A DNA stretch of 64,000 nt from IMG/VR virus record IMGVR_UViG_3300049491_000350, positions 1 to 64,000 of that record; one strand, 5' to 3'. Numbering within the stretch: the first letter of the stretch is position 1; each line of letters begins with the position of its first letter. Under the pieces are notes generated by a model. It saw only the letters and a program-made list of their open reading frames with translations, was not told the origin of the DNA and searched no databases. Positions 17,914-28,126 of the stretch are shown piece after piece. The stretch is from a virus. The position numbers were made by a program, and so were the translations under genes.

Positions 17914-18378
17914 ATGAAGTACAAACAAAAAGAGGCTTATGGTTGCGGATTGTATGCGGTAGCAAACGCTTGCAATTTAAACGATTTCGTAACAGATGAC
18001 AGGCTTGAGAAAAGCAAGGCTGGCTTATTGATAGGCCAGCTATCAAAGTGGATGCAGGATGACGGGAAAGCTATCTATATAGATACGCTTTATTACAATC
18101 ATGCAGGCAAGAAGCTCCCGTACTCCGCCTTGCATTATAAGCCAGTAGGCGAAAATGTTTTATTTTTACCTATATTGATAAATGTAAGGTTTTCTGACGC
18201 AGGTAAAAACCATTTGATTGGCGGCAAGATTGACAAAGAAGGAAAATTGTATTTGTATGACAGCTTAAAGGATGACGTTGTAGAGACAACCCTTTCAAAA
18301 GTAAATACAATGTATCATAATGTTTACGGGCTGTTTGTATTCATGTGCCTTGAGACAGGCGGCTACGTTTTTATTTAA
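17914..18378 (+). CDS. Papain-like cysteine peptidase (C39/Josephin-like residue order)
   Basis: KQKEAYGCGLYAVANA ... NHLIG ... YLYDSL gives Q-C-H-D; start at ATG 17914. Confidence 0.55.
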   Translation: MKYKQKEAYGCGLYAVANACNLNDFVTDDRLEKSKAGLLIGQLSKWMQDDGKAIYIDTLYYNHAGKKLPYSALHYKPVGENVLFLPILINVRFSDAGKNHLIGGKIDKEGKLYLYDSLKDDVVETTLSKVNTMYHNVYGLFVFMCLETGGYVFI

Positions 18379-18394
18379 CTATTAAAAAACTTTT

Positions 18395-18745
18395 ATGTCT
18401 AAGTTTAAAAAAGGAGACAAGGTAATTTGCGTTCACGACCATAATGACGTAAAGCAAGGCGATGTCCTTGAAGTGATAGTTCCTTCCACCAATTGCTGCA
18501 ATGGCATTATTTTCAAGGACAGGAATTACCACTACCCACAAGAATGCTTTGAATATTATAAAGAATCCGACAAGCCAAGCGGAGCTTTCCTTATTGACGA
18601 GCAGGGCATCATGGAAACCTTATTAGAAGTTGAACGTAAAATATTTTACAATCAGGTTCAAGGAGTGATACCAGTTGATATTGTAAAGTCGCAACTGTTT
18701 AAGATAATTAAGGCTTTAGGTTTACAAGAAAAAATGATACCCTAA
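18395..18745 (+). CDS. Hypothetical protein
   Basis: MSKFKKGDKVIC SH3-like phage N-terminus. Confidence 0.6.
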   Translation: MSKFKKGDKVICVHDHNDVKQGDVLEVIVPSTNCCNGIIFKDRNYHYPQECFEYYKESDKPSGAFLIDEQGIMETLLEVERKIFYNQVQGVIPVDIVKSQLFKIIKALGLQEKMIP

Positions 18746-18747
18746 GA

Positions 18748-20766
18748 ATGGCTACTCAAAAGATAGAATTAATGGGTGGCAAATGGAATGATGTTCCATA
18801 TATATTTGAGACCCCATCAGTACCAACTGACGAAAAGAAAATATACAACTTCGACAAGAAACGGAAAGACCAGATATGGTCTATCCCTGACGACATAAAA
18901 AGATTCAGGGAGATGTCTGTCGGGGAGAAGAAATTATTTGTTGAGCAGGAGAGGGAGAGATGGATAAATGGATTCTGGTTATTCATTGACGGAGAGCCTA
19001 CCTACATAACAGGTATGCACTATGACCATCTGGTGTACCAGACGTTTGAATTTGGCAAGGCTGATTATCTTGATAGCCAGAGGCACGATTTCTATTTCAG
19101 GGATTATTGCAGGAGGGATAAATATTCATACGGTGAGTTATGGATGAAGCCGAGGCGTTACGGGATGACTGCGGAGGAGATAACCGAGAATCAATATATA
19201 GCACTATCTGCGGAGAACATGCAGGTTGGGCTTGTGTCTAATGAAAACAAAAAGACAATTGATTCTATTTTCAGACCAATCGTTGATTCGTACATCAAGC
19301 GGCCTAAGTATATCAGGGCAAGGATATACATGCCTAATGGCAAGAAGCCCAGAAAGGAAATGTTGTTTCAGGGGAACGTGATTAAAAACTACGATTCCGA
19401 TGACCTGTACATGGATACAAATGGCGACCTTAATGGATGGATAATACCGAAGGCTACCACAGTTACAGCGTTTGATGCGATGAAACTGCATAAGCTAACT
19501 GCTGATGAAGTTTGGAAATGGATTATATGTAACCCAGAGGAGTTCTGGGGCGCACACAAGAAGTGCCTTGAAGATGGTGGGCGCATCATAGGCAAAGCAT
19601 CTTTCCTGTCAACAATGGGCGATAGCGATGACTACGCTGATGCTATTGAGGCAGGTGTACGCATGTGGCACGGCAGCGACCCGTCAGAAAGGGATGCCAA
19701 CGGAAGGACAAAGACTGGATTGTACAGGTACTTTATTGATGCTATATATTCCCTCCGGGAGTTCAAGAATGAATTTGGCAAAATAAATATTGACCAAGCT
19801 GAAACATTCCTTGAGAATGAGTTTGCTAAACTCGACCCTAACAGCAAAGAGTATGTGTTTGAGAAAAGGCGTATGCCGAGGAAGCCTGATGACGCTTTGA
19901 TGGGCGCAGATGTTTCAAAAATATTTGACAACCCACGCATACCAAAAAGGCTTGAGATTATAAAGAAGTTATCGCCTGCTGATAAGCCTTATGTATTTGG
20001 CAATTGCAACGAATTGAATAATGGCAGGGTAGAATGGGAGCCGACCCCAAAGGGTATTTGGAAAATGGCTACACTTCCAATGATGGACGCTGTTAGGAAA
20101 ATAGATGCCAGCAACAGGTATAAAAAAATAGGTGAGCTATTCTTCAAGCCAGTTAACCCGGAAGGCTGTGGCGGATACGATTCAATAAACTTTGCTGACG
20201 TTGATACAACCTCTGGCAACAAGTCAAGGGCTGCTGCAATATTCAGGCAGAAGTTTGATTACTATGGAAATGGAGGAGCTAACAGGTATGTATCATTAAT
20301 GGTGCAACGTCCTGATGAGCCAGACGATGCTCATTACGAAGTAATAAAAATGTGCAGGTTTTTGGGATACCCTGTAATGATAGACCGTGCTGCATTGACT
20401 GGAATCAAAAAGAAGTTCAAGGAGCATGGCATGGGCGACTTTCTTATGAAGAACCCGAAGGATGGAATCATGGGCATGTGGGCGGACAACCAAAAGCGTT
20501 TCACTAAGGATGGTGTAAATAAAGTGTACGGGTACTTTAAGAACCCACAAAGCGAACATGACTTTGATGCGATAGAAGAACAGCCTTTTGAAGAACTGTT
20601 TGAAGATATGATTCCATTTAAAATACACAAGACAACAAAGTTTGACGTTGCTATGGCCGACATATTGCTTGAGTATGGAATGGAGCAGATAATAGAAACA
20701 TCGCTTCGTGATTCTGCCGCAAGCGGCATTTATAAAAACAACCCTTTGTTTGGCAAGCGGAATTAA
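18748..20766 (+). CDS. terL: Terminase large subunit
   Basis: GFWLFIDGEPTYITGMHY, KPRRYGMT (Walker A variant), ADEVWK (Walker B), RTKTGLYRYFI, nuclease GGYDS; crAss-like/Bacteroidota phage type. Confidence 0.9.
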   Translation: MATQKIELMGGKWNDVPYIFETPSVPTDEKKIYNFDKKRKDQIWSIPDDIKRFREMSVGEKKLFVEQERERWINGFWLFIDGEPTYITGMHYDHLVYQTFEFGKADYLDSQRHDFYFRDYCRRDKYSYGELWMKPRRYGMTAEEITENQYIALSAENMQVGLVSNENKKTIDSIFRPIVDSYIKRPKYIRARIYMPNGKKPRKEMLFQGNVIKNYDSDDLYMDTNGDLNGWIIPKATTVTAFDAMKLHKLTADEVWKWIICNPEEFWGAHKKCLEDGGRIIGKASFLSTMGDSDDYADAIEAGVRMWHGSDPSERDANGRTKTGLYRYFIDAIYSLREFKNEFGKINIDQAETFLENEFAKLDPNSKEYVFEKRRMPRKPDDALMGADVSKIFDNPRIPKRLEIIKKLSPADKPYVFGNCNELNNGRVEWEPTPKGIWKMATLPMMDAVRKIDASNRYKKIGELFFKPVNPEGCGGYDSINFADVDTTSGNKSRAAAIFRQKFDYYGNGGANRYVSLMVQRPDEPDDAHYEVIKMCRFLGYPVMIDRAALTGIKKKFKEHGMGDFLMKNPKDGIMGMWADNQKRFTKDGVNKVYGYFKNPQSEHDFDAIEEQPFEELFEDMIPFKIHKTTKFDVAMADILLEYGMEQIIETSLRDSAASGIYKNNPLFGKRN

Positions 20767-20797
20767 AATATTTTAATAATCATAAAAAACAAAAACA

Positions 20798-21085
20798 ATG
20801 GCAAAGAACAAGAAAAAGATTTTAACTCCTTATGGAGACAGAGTATTGATAATACCAGAGGACAAGCTGGTTAAAACAGCAGGTGGTATTTATATACCAG
20901 AAACAGTTGTGCAGAAGCCAAGCACAGGGAAGGTGTTTAAGATTGGCGAAGATGTAAGCAAGACTAAGGTTGGCGACAATGTTATGTTTGGCAAAGAGGC
21001 TGGCATTGCTATGGAAGTGGACGGTGCAAAATATTTACTCATGCGTGAGGGCGAAATATTTATGAAGTATGAAGAAGAAGCATGA
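20798..21085 (+). CDS. groES: Co-chaperonin GroES (Cpn10)
   Basis: LTPYGDRVLI, KTAGGIYIPE, GKVFKIG, KVGDNVMF, YLLMREGEI. Confidence 0.92.
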   Translation: MAKNKKKILTPYGDRVLIIPEDKLVKTAGGIYIPETVVQKPSTGKVFKIGEDVSKTKVGDNVMFGKEAGIAMEVDGAKYLLMREGEIFMKYEEEA

Positions 21086-21797
21086 AATGAATCCGGGCAA
21101 GATACTTGTCAGGATTAACAAGAAGGAGAAGTCCGCAATGTTTGAAAAAGAGATACACTGCGATGATGGCACTACTGTAAATCTCATCACCAGTATTGAG
21201 GCTTCTGAAAACTCCGAAGCTCAATACACCCAATCAATACACGCAGGCGATGTGATTGCTGTTGCGGGAGATATTGACTGGATAAAGGTGGGAGACAGGG
21301 CTATGCTTGATTACATTGCCGATGTTGATGGAGATGTGGTGGCTTACAAAGACATCAACAAGGATAAGTATATCTGCATAGAAGTAAATGCAAAGTATCA
21401 CGACAGCGACTTCCTTATACCTGCTGACAGGAACAGGAGCTATGACAAATACCTATTCAAAAAAGGAGACCTTGATACATCTTCTATGCTTATTGCCATA
21501 ATGAGAGACGGCGTGTTGATTCCGAATTTCCCATACGTTATCTTAGCGTACAGGAATTTAAAGTCAATCGTATCGCAAGCTGGCATTATGACAATAGAAG
21601 TGGAGGAGACGGTGATAGAGAGGGTTGTAATAGCAACACATTCAAGAAGCAGGTTGAAGGTAGGAGACCATGTTATAATTGAGGCAGAGAGTATGTTTGA
21701 CAGAAAAACTGATGGCAAGATGGTGTCTGTTGTGTTTGAGCATGATGTGCTGGCAACCGTTGTAACAGAAGTAAATCTGATTGAAACACTGGATTAA
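21069..21797 (+). CDS. Tandem GroES-like domain protein
   Basis: Two degenerate GroES units (GDVIAV...IKVGDRAM and SQAGIM...LKVGDHVII...HDVLA); start may be 21087. Confidence 0.55.
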   Translation: MKKKHEMNPGKILVRINKKEKSAMFEKEIHCDDGTTVNLITSIEASENSEAQYTQSIHAGDVIAVAGDIDWIKVGDRAMLDYIADVDGDVVAYKDINKDKYICIEVNAKYHDSDFLIPADRNRSYDKYLFKKGDLDTSSMLIAIMRDGVLIPNFPYVILAYRNLKSIVSQAGIMTIEVEETVIERVVIATHSRSRLKVGDHVIIEAESMFDRKTDGKMVSVVFEHDVLATVVTEVNLIETLD

Positions 21798-21819
21798 AGC
21801 ATGAGCGGTTAGTAGCCCC

Positions 21820-21862
21820 AGCCAGTCGTAAAAGCCATTAAAGCTGATGCGGCTGGCTTTTT
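21820..21862 (+). terminator. Probable intrinsic terminator
   Basis: AGCCAGTCGTA...TGCGGCTGGCT stem followed by a T run. Confidence 0.6.
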
Positions 21863-21901
21863 GTTTAAAATATTTTATATTTTCGTACCAAACTTTTTTA
21901 T

Positions 21902-24358
21902 ATGGCACAAGAAACCCTCGGTAAAAACTCAAGGTATTTATATTGGGATACGTTGCACTTTATTGCTAACAGGCAGAAGGATAAACGTTGGATGGCAGAA
22001 TGTATCCTGTTTGCTAAACACAACTCCTCTTTCCTTGTTGACCCTGTGGAGGCCGAGAAGAAAAGGAAGATTAACATTGGTAAGCTGGATGCGGATGCCT
22101 ATAAAAAAATAATTGACCCGGTTATGCCAGACGGGAGCGGAGGAACGGCAGAATACTTTGCTGCTGATTTTGAAAAGGCTAATCCCATCTTTGTCCATCT
22201 GGATAATATACTGGAAGCACGGATGGAGAAAATACCTTTAAGTATATATGTTAAAGCTGCCGATGAAAAGTCGAAGCATAAAATGCAGAAAGAGAACGAT
22301 AAGATTCTCACGAAGAAATACTTTACGATGTTCGTAAATGAAATGAATGCCAAGATAGGTATTCCGCAGCTTGGCAAGGGGCAAGACCCATACAAGTATG
22401 TAAACCAAATGAAGGGCGGAGGAAAAGGCAATATGCCTATTACAATGCTTGACAGCATTAAATATGCCATCAATGATAACGAGGATTTAGCATTATTCAA
22501 TGAGTACATCTATAAAGACGGCGTGGAGATTGCGATGGAGCTTGGCATTGATTACTACATGAATCAAAACAGCTATCCAAGAATATATGAAAAAGGAGTG
22601 ATTGACATTAAAAACTTTAATGTTGGGCTATGCAGGTACTACACATCTAAAACTACTGGAAGGCCAGTTATAGAATACCTTGACCCGGCTACTGTAAGGA
22701 CTTCCCCGTTCTCTAAAAAAGATTTATCTGATATTGTGTACTGGTTCATAGAGTACGATGTAACCTTTGGTGATTTTGTAAGAATGTTTGGAGCTAAAAT
22801 AAAAGAAGATTGCGAAGCCACCAATCAGCAATATGACGAAGTGTTGAAAGATATATTTGACATGAACAGGATGCACAATGGCGTACTTGGTTTAAGGTGG
22901 GATACAGCAAGCAACAGTGAGCGCAGCAATTCAAAAATAAGGATAGGGTACATAGAGACAGAGACGCAGGACATGGAAGTGTATTCTGACAGGGAAGTGC
23001 GTGGCAATAGCAGATACAGGAAAGAGGCAATTGATTATAAGGTTAGCAAGGATTCCCGTAAGCGTTATGGTACTAAGAGGGAGGAATCTTATTACAACTG
23101 CTGGTACAGGGCTTATTACATACCATTGAACTCCGGGGCAAATGCTGTTCAAACAAGCGACTTTGATTTACAGGCTAAATATGTTTTTGATTTCGGGAAG
23201 GTGCAAGACCAGCAAAGGGAAGGCGATGATTACAGGTATTCAAAATGCACACTTGTAGGATGGAAGTCTGACAGGATGAGCTTCTTGGACATAATGGATT
23301 CCTACCTTCCAAAAATAAACCTTCTTTGGTTTCACTTCCAGAACAACATCGCTAATGCGATGCCGCATGGCGCAACGTTTGCAGACGAGATGATTAACCT
23401 GATGATGCAGGCAACTGACGATGCTAACAAGAATGGGAAGGATGGGAAGTTTGAAACATTGAGGAGGTTAAAACAAACTGGATACGCCATATCAAAAATG
23501 TTTAATGATGATGGCAAACTGATTAACGATGGCAAGCCTTTCGTTGAAGTTAAAACAGGCCATCTGGCATCTGCGGCGGAGAACCTTATGCTGATGCAGC
23601 AGTTGTATAACATGACCACACAATCGCTTGCTATGAGCGATATATCAGAAGGGTTATCACCGAAGCCCAGAGTATCGCTGGGCGCATTGCAATTATCCAA
23701 CAATGCTTCTTATAATGGTTCATTCTTTGTAGAGAAAGGATGCACAGCTTTAACCGTTGGCGTACAGGAGAGGCTCATGTATTACATCAAAGAGATTATA
23801 GACGAGGGCGATTTCCGTGCAGAGGACTTCACAAACATTGTTGGTTTGGCAAACTCTCTGGCGATGGAATCAGTTAAAGATATTCCTCTGCATGAGCTTG
23901 CGCTCCTGACGTACTCTATACCTACTGACGAAGAAAAGCAACGTGTTGTTATGCTGGCAGAAAAACTGGCTTCTGCTGGGCTGCTTGACCCTAATGATGT
24001 GCTATTCATATCAAGGATAGATAACCTTAAATACGCAGAGGCTATTATGCGTATCCGTTATAAATCAAAATTGAGGGAGCAACAGGAAAGGGAAGCCATG
24101 CAGCATCAATACAAGATGGAGGAAAAGAATGCAGACCTGCAAATTGAACTGGCTAAAATTGACAAGAAGAACGAAGGGATGCTTGAGGTTCAACAACTCA
24201 TCAAAGGCTTTGATGTCAGGATACAGCAGTTGATATTGCAGGCTAAAGATGTTACCCAATCAAGGCACATTGAACAAAGGGGCAACAACAAAGAGCATGA
24301 GACAATTTTAAAGCATGAATTAGACAAGAAAAAGGAAGGTGAAAAATCTTTGGCGTAA
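21902..24358 (+). CDS. Portal protein
   Basis: 818 aa after terminase; IEYLDPA, C-terminal Gln/Glu coiled coil; size and position match crAss-like portals. Confidence 0.8.
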   Translation: MAQETLGKNSRYLYWDTLHFIANRQKDKRWMAECILFAKHNSSFLVDPVEAEKKRKINIGKLDADAYKKIIDPVMPDGSGGTAEYFAADFEKANPIFVHLDNILEARMEKIPLSIYVKAADEKSKHKMQKENDKILTKKYFTMFVNEMNAKIGIPQLGKGQDPYKYVNQMKGGGKGNMPITMLDSIKYAINDNEDLALFNEYIYKDGVEIAMELGIDYYMNQNSYPRIYEKGVIDIKNFNVGLCRYYTSKTTGRPVIEYLDPATVRTSPFSKKDLSDIVYWFIEYDVTFGDFVRMFGAKIKEDCEATNQQYDEVLKDIFDMNRMHNGVLGLRWDTASNSERSNSKIRIGYIETETQDMEVYSDREVRGNSRYRKEAIDYKVSKDSRKRYGTKREESYYNCWYRAYYIPLNSGANAVQTSDFDLQAKYVFDFGKVQDQQREGDDYRYSKCTLVGWKSDRMSFLDIMDSYLPKINLLWFHFQNNIANAMPHGATFADEMINLMMQATDDANKNGKDGKFETLRRLKQTGYAISKMFNDDGKLINDGKPFVEVKTGHLASAAENLMLMQQLYNMTTQSLAMSDISEGLSPKPRVSLGALQLSNNASYNGSFFVEKGCTALTVGVQERLMYYIKEIIDEGDFRAEDFTNIVGLANSLAMESVKDIPLHELALLTYSIPTDEEKQRVVMLAEKLASAGLLDPNDVLFISRIDNLKYAEAIMRIRYKSKLREQQEREAMQHQYKMEEKNADLQIELAKIDKKNEGMLEVQQLIKGFDVRIQQLILQAKDVTQSRHIEQRGNNKEHETILKHELDKKKEGEKSLA

Positions 24359-24379
24359 TCAATAATACGCCTATATTTG
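24349..24379 (+). promoter_or_regulatory. Canonical Bacteroidota sigma70 promoter
   Basis: TTTG (24349-24352), 19-nt spacer, TATATTTG (24372-24379). Confidence 0.6.
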
Positions 24380-24415
24380 CAACCTGTACTTTTGTACAAT
24401 ATATTTTGTTTTAGA

Positions 24416-24442
24416 TAAGCCCCGGATAACCTCTGGGGTTTA
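24416..24442. terminator. Hairpin between convergent genes
   Basis: AAGCCCCGGA-TAACC-TCTGGGGTTT. Confidence 0.55.
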
Positions 24443-25042
24443 TTTATGTTTAAGGATGAACTGTTCGTGAGACATGAAATCAATATTCTCTGTTATCTTG
24501 TGCTTCCCTTCCTGTTCAAGTATGGTATCAAGATTAACAAACTCCGTTTTAATTTCTTTCCAGAGCTTCTCTCCTTCCTTTCTTTTATTTACGGCCTCTG
24601 TAATGCACCTGCCAATATCAAGTGTATCTTTTGAAGTTCCCATCTGCGGCATGTTCATTACGGTGCTGTGGTATTCAAAGCACCGTACTATTGTTTTCCA
24701 TCGCCAGTCTTTTTGATAGTCGAGAAACCATGATATTACTTGATTCGCTGCATCATCCTTCCCTTTAACGATATTGGCATACCGCTCTACTGACATACAT
24801 GATAAACCAGCAATGGTTTGCATTATCTTGGTTTTGTTTTCAATCCTGTCTTTATGAATCTGTATCCATTCAGACCGTCTATCGTATGACAGTATTATGA
24901 ATGCAAGGGCTACGTTCGGGTTATAGCCCTTGTCCTTTATGTTATAGAGCGGCTCTACATCTTCATACACGTTCATTAGCTCAAGCTCGTCAACCCAGCT
25001 TGATGAAAGCAATTTTATTTTGCTTATGATAAAGTCAATCAT
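24440..25042 (-). CDS. Hypothetical protein (candidate terminase small subunit or packaging accessory)
   Basis: 200 aa helical ORF with ALAFIILSYDRRS; function inferred from context only. Confidence 0.6.
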   Translation of the reverse strand: MIDFIISKIKLLSSSWVDELELMNVYEDVEPLYNIKDKGYNPNVALAFIILSYDRRSEWIQIHKDRIENKTKIMQTIAGLSCMSVERYANIVKGKDDAANQVISWFLDYQKDWRWKTIVRCFEYHSTVMNMPQMGTSKDTLDIGRCITEAVNKRKEGEKLWKEIKTEFVNLDTILEQEGKHKITENIDFMSHEQFILKHK

Positions 25043-25311
25043 TTTACAGCTTTCTTTTTTCTGGATGATATATTGCCGCCAGAGGCGGTTCTTTTTGTGG
25101 ACAGGATTGATTTAGGGATAACAATTTCATTGCTTCCGCACTTCTGGCAAGGCAACCCTTGCAATGCAATTATCTTTGGGATACTAAGGCCTGTACGCAC
25201 GGATACTTCGGCAGCTTTTGCCATCTCCGTTTCGCTAAGGCTAATGGATAGCTGGTTTGCTTTCCGTATGGCTATGTCGCCAATATAGTAAAGAATAGGG
25301 TTGCCCTTCAT
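25039..25311 (-). CDS. Small basic protein with CxxC
   Basis: 90 aa, PCQKCG; ATGA overlap with 24440-25042. Confidence 0.55.
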   Translation of the reverse strand: MKGNPILYYIGDIAIRKANQLSISLSETEMAKAAEVSVRTGLSIPKIIALQGLPCQKCGSNEIVIPKSILSTKRTASGGNISSRKKKAVK

Positions 25312-25415
25312 GTTATTATAAATGAAATCCTTTATAAATTTTATTGTACGAATATAGTCATTTGGGTTTTATTATTTTATTTTGGCTTCATAAAATATTT
25401 TAAAACGGAGAAACT

Positions 25416-26612
25416 ATGGACTTTTTAAATCAAGACAAGCTGGATGAGCAGGATAAATTGCCTGATGACCAGCACCAACAGCAGCCTCCTGACGGTGAAG
25501 AAAAGCCTGATGGTGAAGAAAAACCAGATGGCGAAGAAAAGCCTGACGGTGAAGAAAAACCAGATGGCGAAGAAAAGCCTGACGGCGAACAGAAACCTGA
25601 CGGCGAACAAAAGCCTGACGGTGAGCAGAAGCCTGACGGCGAACAAAAGCCTGATGGTGAGCAGAAGCCCGGCGATGATAAGGATAAGAAGGACGATGTG
25701 CCAGTAGATGAAAAAGCTGCCGAAGCGAAACTGCTTAAAAAATTAGGCGTATCCTCAATTGAGGAGTTGCGGCAAAAAATCAACCCGGAAACAGAGGAGC
25801 AGAAAAAAGAGCGTACAGAAAATTTCGTGGCTGCGGTAAACAAATACGCTGTTGAGAAAAAATATTTTACAAACGAGCAATTGGCTACTCTTGCAAACCT
25901 TAAAAAGGTTGCGCCAGAGCAACAGGTATATAATGACTTTGCTGAAAAGTTCAAAGCAAAGCATAAAGACAGGCAAGATGAACTTCAACAGCCTAAGCCA
26001 GTTACAGAAGAAGAAGTAAAGGCTGCATTCAATTCTACATTCCACATAGATTCTGACGATGCGGAATTAAAAGAGTTAGGCCAAGAGATGATTAAAACGA
26101 AGGCTAAGAAAATCTCTGGCGGCTTGGAGGAAAAGTTCAATGAGGTAGAGAATGAATTTAAAGAGGTAACTTTTAAAAGGCAGAAATCACAACAATTCTT
26201 TTCATTCATTAAAGAATTTGTTAAGGATAAATTGCCCAAAGAATTTACCTACGGCGAAAAGGATAATGCTCTTTCATATAAATTTGACGACAACAAAATC
26301 ACTGCCAAAGACATGGAGAATTTGGAGAAGCTGTTTGTCAATAATGATGACTTCAATCAGTTTATTGAGGAAGGTGGAAGCCAAAAGCTGCTTTCATCTT
26401 TTGAAGATAAAATGAAGAAGTATTTGTACATCACACACCACGAAAGTATTGTGAACACTGTTGGCAACCTGCGGTACGAACAGGGGTTGAAAGCTGGAAA
26501 GGTAGGAGCAAAAGCTCCTTTCTCTAAAGACGGACAAAAAATTGAACCTCTGGAAGTTGAAGGTGAATTGACGGAAATCGAAAAGAAGGAATTGAAAGAA
26601 TCATTAAGCTAA
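25416..26612 (+). CDS. Capsid scaffolding protein (putative)
   Basis: Acidic, helical, Cys-free, immediately upstream of the major capsid gene. Confidence 0.7.
   Translation: MDFLNQDKLDEQDKLPDDQHQQQPPDGEEKPDGEEKPDGEEKPDGEEKPDGEEKPDGEQKPDGEQKPDGEQKPDGEQKPDGEQKPGDDKDKKDDVPVDEKAAEAKLLKKLGVSSIEELRQKINPETEEQKKERTENFVAAVNKYAVEKKYFTNEQLATLANLKKVAPEQQVYNDFAEKFKAKHKDRQDELQQPKPVTEEEVKAAFNSTFHIDSDDAELKELGQEMIKTKAKKISGGLEEKFNEVENEFKEVTFKRQKSQQFFSFIKEFVKDKLPKEFTYGEKDNALSYKFDDNKITAKDMENLEKLFVNNDDFNQFIEEGGSQKLLSSFEDKMKKYLYITHHESIVNTVGNLRYEQGLKAGKVGAKAPFSKDGQKIEPLEVEGELTEIEKKELKESLS
25488..25667 (+). repeat. 10 x 18-bp tandem repeat encoding PDGE(E/Q)K
   Basis: PDGEEK x5 then PDGEQK x5 with synonymous variation. 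Confidence 0.95.
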
Positions 26613-26646
26613 AACAATTTTAAATCACAAAACTTATTTAAAAGTT

Positions 26647-28083
26647 ATGAACGGAAGTCAATTCAAGTGCGGTAATTCTACCTTCTCTATTGACCAGTGT
26701 ATAAATGGTCAAACACCGCTAACATATTATGATGCCCTTGCACAGGTAGGCTTACAGAGGAGCTTACGTGAAGGTACTGTGCTTTGCTATTGGGATACAG
26801 GCGTAGAAGGCTTGTTCTCTCAAATGGCTGCTGTATTGGGGCAGGACAAAAGGGTAGTAAAAGCAAACCCATTTTATTGGACGGAATCATGCAGTGATTT
26901 TGCTATTACTGTATGCGTAAAAAAATCAGAAGATGCTGTGCCAGACCCCGGCGATTCTGTAACTGTTTCACTTGATGATTCTTCAATGAGTGCAAATGGT
27001 AAAAATTCAATCCCTACTGGCGGATACCGTGCTTACATCAAAGAGCTTAAAGGTAAAGGCGTAAACATTCTTTCTGTTGATAAAACAGTAATGGGTGGCC
27101 ATACCATACAGCTTGAGCCATTGAACGGAGAAGTGTTAGACCTTACTGCTCTTGATAAATATACATTGCTGGTAGATACGCTACGCATGTACAAAAAAGG
27201 CGACACTGAATGTATCGTTACAGAAGGCTTCGTGCAGAACCCACCAGCCCTGCGTAAAGGCTATGTGCAGAAATTTGAAAAAGGCTACTGCATACACGAA
27301 GATGAAATTGACGGGTACGCATACAACGTTGAGTTCCGGGTGAATAAAGGCATTGACCCACTAACCAAAAAGAAAGTGGATTACTGGCATGTTCCGCAGG
27401 TAACAAACAAACTGCTTACTGACTGGATTGACAGCCGCAACATCAATACAATGTTTGGTGTGCGTGATGACGTTAAGCAGGAAGGGTTTGATGGTATGGT
27501 TACTACCGCAGAAGCACAGGGTATGTTCAGCCGCAACTATGACCCGGCATCAGGCGTATCCCTTAAAGCTCACTTGATGGGCATGATTAAATCTATCAGG
27601 AAAACAAACGGTTGTACAGACATGATGTTCCTGCATGATTTCAATTGGGGTATGGACTGGTCAGAAGGCATCGCTCAAATGGTTAAAGATTACGGCCAGA
27701 ACCTGAACTTCTCTTTGTTTGGTAATGGTGGCAAGGGAACGCAAAACTTTGAGTTCTTCCAGTTTAAGGACTTCAAAGCGTTTAACTATCAATTCAGGAC
27801 ATTCCAGATTGATATGTTTGACAACATGCGTTATGGCAACTTCCTTAGCGACTTCGCTATTGTAATGCCTGCCTGTAAGTTCAAAGACACTAACGGCAAA
27901 GTAGTGCCTCCTGTAACTTATACAAACATCGCTGCCGCAGAAGAAGCCGCACAGAAAAAAATATGGAGCTACAATGAAATGGAAAGGGGTTGCCGTGTGG
28001 TGAATGTATTCGCCAAAGATTCTTACGGCCTTGAAATTCACTGTGCTTCTAAGCTGGGTGTAATGAGGAAAGTGAAATGCTAA
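26647..28083 (+). CDS. Major capsid protein
   Basis: 478 aa after the scaffold; FYWTE, EGFDG and C-terminal GLEIHCASKLGVM resemble HK97-fold capsids of Bacteroidota phages. Confidence 0.75.
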   Translation: MNGSQFKCGNSTFSIDQCINGQTPLTYYDALAQVGLQRSLREGTVLCYWDTGVEGLFSQMAAVLGQDKRVVKANPFYWTESCSDFAITVCVKKSEDAVPDPGDSVTVSLDDSSMSANGKNSIPTGGYRAYIKELKGKGVNILSVDKTVMGGHTIQLEPLNGEVLDLTALDKYTLLVDTLRMYKKGDTECIVTEGFVQNPPALRKGYVQKFEKGYCIHEDEIDGYAYNVEFRVNKGIDPLTKKKVDYWHVPQVTNKLLTDWIDSRNINTMFGVRDDVKQEGFDGMVTTAEAQGMFSRNYDPASGVSLKAHLMGMIKSIRKTNGCTDMMFLHDFNWGMDWSEGIAQMVKDYGQNLNFSLFGNGGKGTQNFEFFQFKDFKAFNYQFRTFQIDMFDNMRYGNFLSDFAIVMPACKFKDTNGKVVPPVTYTNIAAAEEAAQKKIWSYNEMERGCRVVNVFAKDSYGLEIHCASKLGVMRKVKC

Positions 28084-28126
28084 AATATTTTATTAATTAA
28101 CGGAGAAATACAAAAGTTTAAAAATT

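Noticed and set aside
25488-25667. Tandem repeats as a CRISPR array
   Set aside because: No spacers; 18-bp in-frame coding units with synonymous variation; no cas genes
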